Assembly (NCBI GenBank): GCA_043803405.1
Contig: JAZDKB010000021.1
Coordinates: 1-40,228 of the forward strand
DNA length: 40,228 nucleotides
Source: Spirochaetota bacterium
GTDB lineage: Bacteria; Spirochaetota; UBA4802; JAFGDQ01
Direction: 5' to 3'
Shown here: positions 36,435 to 40,228 of the stretch, one piece after another
How the letters are laid out: each line of letters begins with the position of its first letter
Position numbering within the stretch: position 1 is the first letter of the stretch
Made by a program: the position numbers and the translations under genes
The notes under the pieces: model-generated
What the model was told of the DNA's origin: nothing
The model's database searches: none
What the model saw: the letters and a program-made list of their open reading frames with translations, nothing else

Positions 36435-39400
36435 TTACGGGATTATATAATGATAACCCATATCCATTACATCATTGTCTCTTTTCTGCGTTAAACTGTC
36501 TGTTGTTCTGTTTTGCATTTCATTATAAAATTCGTTTGTCAGATAACCCCGGATTAAATTATTATCGCCTTTATTCACGCATGGGCCGTCCGTATATCCG
36601 ATTATATTATGCGGGGGAGATGGATTATATATGGGAACCAGCTGGGTCAGATAATACTCATTCTGGAAAGGATTATCATAGCTGATATAGTTATGACTAT
36701 TTGTAATAGCACTGTTATTGTTTTTATCGACATAACCGGTATCTGAAGGATAAAGGATTGTATGAATTATGTTTGCTTCGCCGACGTTTTCAAAAATGAT
36801 TGGTGAAGCTGTTATTTCCGTAATATTATTACTAAGTTGATGATTCGATGCAAAAGTACAGTTGATTATATTGATTTTAACCGCTTTGGAATAGATGGTA
36901 CCTTCACCGTACTGAGAATGAATGTACTCGTTAAATACATAGTTTATTATATTTGTTATATTATTATATAGCAGGGAATTGATATATTCCGTAAAGGAAT
37001 TGCCCGTATCAAAGGATACTGAACCGAACTGTGCCTGATTTTCATGAAATATTGTTCCGAAGAATACAGGGTTTGCGCTGTTGTTATATACTGCTCCCCC
37101 TCCGCCAATTTGCGTAAATGTCCAGACTTCCATCTGAGCATCATAGTTTCCATCTGCTTCATTATAGCTTATATTTGATGAAAATTCGCAATTTGTAAAC
37201 AAAGGGGATGAGTTTACGTTATTAACCGCTCCACCGTTTTCTGAAGCATTATTATTGGTAAAACCGCATTCATAAAATACAGGCGAGGAGTAGTTGCAGT
37301 TAAAAACAGCTCCACCATGCCTGGAACTGTTTTGATTGAACATACATGATGTATAAGCCGGGGAAACGCGGTCATTGTATATGGCTCCGCCGTATGAGTC
37401 CAGACCGGAATTGTATGGCTGATTAAAGGAGAACCGGCAATTTTCTAATTCAATTTGTGTGTCATTATTCGTGCCTGATTTGTTATAGACTGCTCCCCCG
37501 TTATTTGATTTATTATACCAGAATAGATTATTCTCCGGGTCAGTTGCAGTTATTTTACAGCTTCCTGCGTTATAAAGCGCGCCTCCGGCACCCGCGGCAG
37601 CAAGGTTGCCGTAAAAATTGCATAAATCTATTTCAGTGACAGCAGTACTTATATTATATATTGCGCCGCCGTCAATAGCTGCGGTATTATAGCTGCGTAA
37701 TCCTGATAATTCGCTGTATTCTCCGAAACTGCTTGCTGTTATAAGCGCTTTCCCCATAATGTATAATGCCCCGCCGGAAGCGCCGCTTGTGTTTGAATTA
37801 AAAGTACAGTTTGCGATATCTAGCCTGTTGCCTGTTTCCGGATTATCCTGTGAAAATGAGGCTGTAAATACGGCCCCGCCAGCAATGTTACTGTGATTGC
37901 CGGAAAATGCCGAGTTATTTATTGCTGAATCCGAATCGCCGGCTGTAAAAACCGCTCCTCCGTTATTGGCGCTGTTGTTTGTGAATGCGCAGCTTGATGC
38001 GTTTAAACTGCATTTTAATATGCTGTTTGCGTTCTGAGTGCCCGGTGTCCCGGCATAAACTGCTCCGCCATTCCCTGCTGAATTCCCCGAGAATGAGCAG
38101 GTGTCTATGGTGATAACAGATCCGGGTAAACCGCAAACCGCTCCGCCGTAGCCGGCAGTGTTCAAAGAAAAGGTCATGTTGTTTAGTGATACAGTCCCGG
38201 AACTGACAAATATCCCTCCACCGCAGTCGGCATAATTATTAGCGGATTTTGCAGTGCCTGACGTAACAGTAAAACCTTCGATCGTTACATTTCCTCCGGA
38301 TACTACGCTGAGTATTCGTGCCAGGCTGTTGCCGTTTAATATTACCGGATTATTTACAGGATCTCTTTCACTGAGTGCGTTTTCCGTTCCGCTGAATCCT
38401 CCATAGATCAATAATCTTTTATTTGTAATAATCATAGATGAGATTTGTGCGTCCGGATAGTATGTCCCTTCTGCTACCCATATTTGTTCTCCTTCGTAAG
38501 CTTTATCAGCTGCTGACTGTATGTTTTTAAATGCTTTTTGCCAGCAGCTTCCGTCATTTGAATTATCTGGTGCGTTCACATTCACAAAAATAACATGTGG
38601 TTCTGTTATAATTATGGTTACTGTTCCGCCTGCCGGGGAACCGGATATGTCGCGTACGCTATAAGTAAAAGTATCCGGATCAAGGCTGCCGGGCAATGGA
38701 GTATAAATGAAGACTGGCACGGGTCCTGTTCCTGCTGTTAATGTGCCGTTTCCGTTGTATTCTTCTATGTTATATGTAAAATTTTCATTTAAATCAATAT
38801 CTGTTACAGGTATATATATATAGTTATCAACAGAATCTTTATCGACAGCAGCAATATAATTCTCCGGCACATAAGGAGGGTCGTTAACAGGACGAACATG
38901 CATGGTTATTTTTTCTTCAATAAAGGCACCGGACATATCCACAGCCCGGAATGCAAAAAAGTCGTCTTCATTTACCGGATTTCCTTCGTTATCATAAGAG
39001 ACGGAGTTCCAGTTGCTGTCCGGCGTGTAAATAAAAGAGCCGTCCCTGTTATTATCAACATGGCCGTGTCCGGTTAAATACCTGTTCGGAATTAATGGAT
39101 CTATATTTGCATTTATTATTTCATAAAAAAGCCGGTCTCCATTAAGTCCAATATCATAATCCGTAACAGGGAATGTGCCTGTTATTGCACTGTCTTCATC
39201 GGTTTCCAGATAAAGCTTTTCCCTGTCATCGATTACCGGCTCGCTGTTAATATAACCGATGGTAATATATATAGTGGCTGTATTGCTGACGGAAGAGGAA
39301 GTATCTTTAACATAAAAAGAAAACTCGTCCCTGCCTACCGATGTTTCTGCCGTATATTTCCATTGATTCGATGTTTCATGAGTTTCGAGCATTCCATGTT

Positions 39401-39983
39401 CCGGTTGTTTTTGCAGATGAAACGTAACAGTGTCGCCATCCGGATCATCAGCTTTAAGCGATATGGTCACTTCACCTGATGAGGGAACAAACTCAGGATT
39501 CCCGTCGTTGCCATAGGCATTAGGGATTTTGTTTGGCGGACCAATATCCATATCTATAGCAGCGATATTGCTGTCGGCAGAGCCGTCATTTGCGATAAAT
39601 GTAAACGAATCTATACTGGTATATCCATCTTCCGGAGTGAATACATATATATTGTCTGATGCTTTTTGCAGAGTGCCGTGTCCGGGATTATTCACAATCC
39701 TGTATGAAAGGCTGTCCCGGTCTTCATCCCTGGCATCAAGTTCTATTTTCGTAGGCGTATTCAGAGGGACAGATACTGATTTGCCGTAAGCTTCCGGAGC
39801 GTGATTGCTGCCGGCTCCGGTCAAAGGACTGTCACTGCAGGAAAAAAATATCAGTAAGAAACATGCGAAAGATAATTTAATTGCGAAATGCAATATCCCG
39901 GAGCACGGTTTAAGGAATTGAGACAATTTATTTGCAGAGTAAATCGCTTTATTTATTATTTTATTCATACAGGATAACCGCAT
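36435..39983 (-). CDS. Large surface lipoprotein: tandem-95/Big_9 Ig repeats plus Pmp-like right-handed beta-helix
   Basis: LLIFFSC lipobox; about 4 N.aP...D.DGD.L...P.HG.L...YTP...D.F.F repeats; DGSCWQKAF...IWVAEGTY; many FxxN...GGA[IV] repeats. The start codon is uncertain. Confidence 0.88.
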   Translation of the reverse strand: MRLSCMNKIINKAIYSANKLSQFLKPCSGILHFAIKLSFACFLLIFFSCSDSPLTGAGSNHAPEAYGKSVSVPLNTPTKIELDARDEDRDSLSYRIVNNPGHGTLQKASDNIYVFTPEDGYTSIDSFTFIANDGSADSNIAAIDMDIGPPNKIPNAYGNDGNPEFVPSSGEVTISLKADDPDGDTVTFHLQKQPEHGMLETHETSNQWKYTAETSVGRDEFSFYVKDTSSSVSNTATIYITIGYINSEPVIDDREKLYLETDEDSAITGTFPVTDYDIGLNGDRLFYEIINANIDPLIPNRYLTGHGHVDNNRDGSFIYTPDSNWNSVSYDNEGNPVNEDDFFAFRAVDMSGAFIEEKITMHVRPVNDPPYVPENYIAAVDKDSVDNYIYIPVTDIDLNENFTYNIEEYNGNGTLTAGTGPVPVFIYTPLPGSLDPDTFTYSVRDISGSPAGGTVTIIITEPHVIFVNVNAPDNSNDGSCWQKAFKNIQSAADKAYEGEQIWVAEGTYYPDAQISSMIITNKRLLIYGGFSGTENALSERDPVNNPVILNGNSLARILSVVSGGNVTIEGFTVTSGTAKSANNYADCGGGIFVSSGTVSLNNMTFSLNTAGYGGAVCGLPGSVITIDTCSFSGNSAGNGGAVYAGTPGTQNANSILKCSLNASSCAFTNNSANNGGAVFTAGDSDSAINNSAFSGNHSNIAGGAVFTASFSQDNPETGNRLDIANCTFNSNTSGASGGALYIMGKALITASSFGEYSELSGLRSYNTAAIDGGAIYNISTAVTEIDLCNFYGNLAAAGAGGALYNAGSCKITATDPENNLFWYNKSNNGGAVYNKSGTNNDTQIELENCRFSFNQPYNSGLDSYGGAIYNDRVSPAYTSCMFNQNSSRHGGAVFNCNYSSPVFYECGFTNNNASENGGAVNNVNSSPLFTNCEFSSNISYNEADGNYDAQMEVWTFTQIGGGGAVYNNSANPVFFGTIFHENQAQFGSVSFDTGNSFTEYINSLLYNNITNIINYVFNEYIHSQYGEGTIYSKAVKINIINCTFASNHQLSNNITEITASPIIFENVGEANIIHTILYPSDTGYVDKNNNSAITNSHNYISYDNPFQNEYYLTQLVPIYNPSPPHNIIGYTDGPCVNKGDNNLIRGYLTNEFYNEMQNRTTDSLTQKRDNDVMDMGYHYIIP

Positions 39984-40228
39984 AAAAACATAAAAATGTT
40001 CATATTATAATAAAATTTACAATTTTATTAGCTCCGATTCTACTGTTTCTATCAGTAGTAAGCCCCCGAATCCCTGCCAGCGGATTAATTTCCACGTCAT
40101 CATCGGGTTATGTTAATTCTTTAAAATGCATAAAATTATGAAATATTCAGAAATAAATATAAGTATTAAATTTAAATTATATATATTCTCTAAATAAATA
40201 AAAATATGTCAATAAAAAATAAAAAAAT

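Overview
AT-rich bacterial chromosomal window. The lipoprotein signal peptides suggest a spirochaete-like host, but this is inference only. From left to right it holds: (1) a minus-strand kaiC-kaiB-kaiB-PAS histidine kinase cluster with no kaiA in the window; (2) a plus-strand locus of a LysE-type exporter, a 787-aa unknown protein with carboxylate-amine-ligase-like motifs, a phosphatidylserine decarboxylase, an atypical Lgt-family protein and a B12/radical SAM enzyme, possibly an uncharacterised lipid pathway; (3) an ~12 kb accessory segment (12.1-24.1 kb) in which six same-orientation copies of a ~260-380 bp non-coding repeat with a ~190 bp essentially gap-free core separate unrelated cargo modules (hybrid kinase; secreted protein; beta-barrel plus two Ig-repeat/LamG lipoproteins; two inverted toxin-antitoxin pairs); (4) a decaying accessory region with pseudogenes and an integron-cassette-like methyltransferase; (5) dipeptide epimerase/DUF819 genes and several surface lipoprotein and beta-barrel genes. 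The best candidate for a novel system is the repeat-delimited cassette-like array, whose copies are mosaic and carry modular GCAGGGGC-terminated tails. No recombinase, rRNA, tRNA or CRISPR array was recognised in the window.
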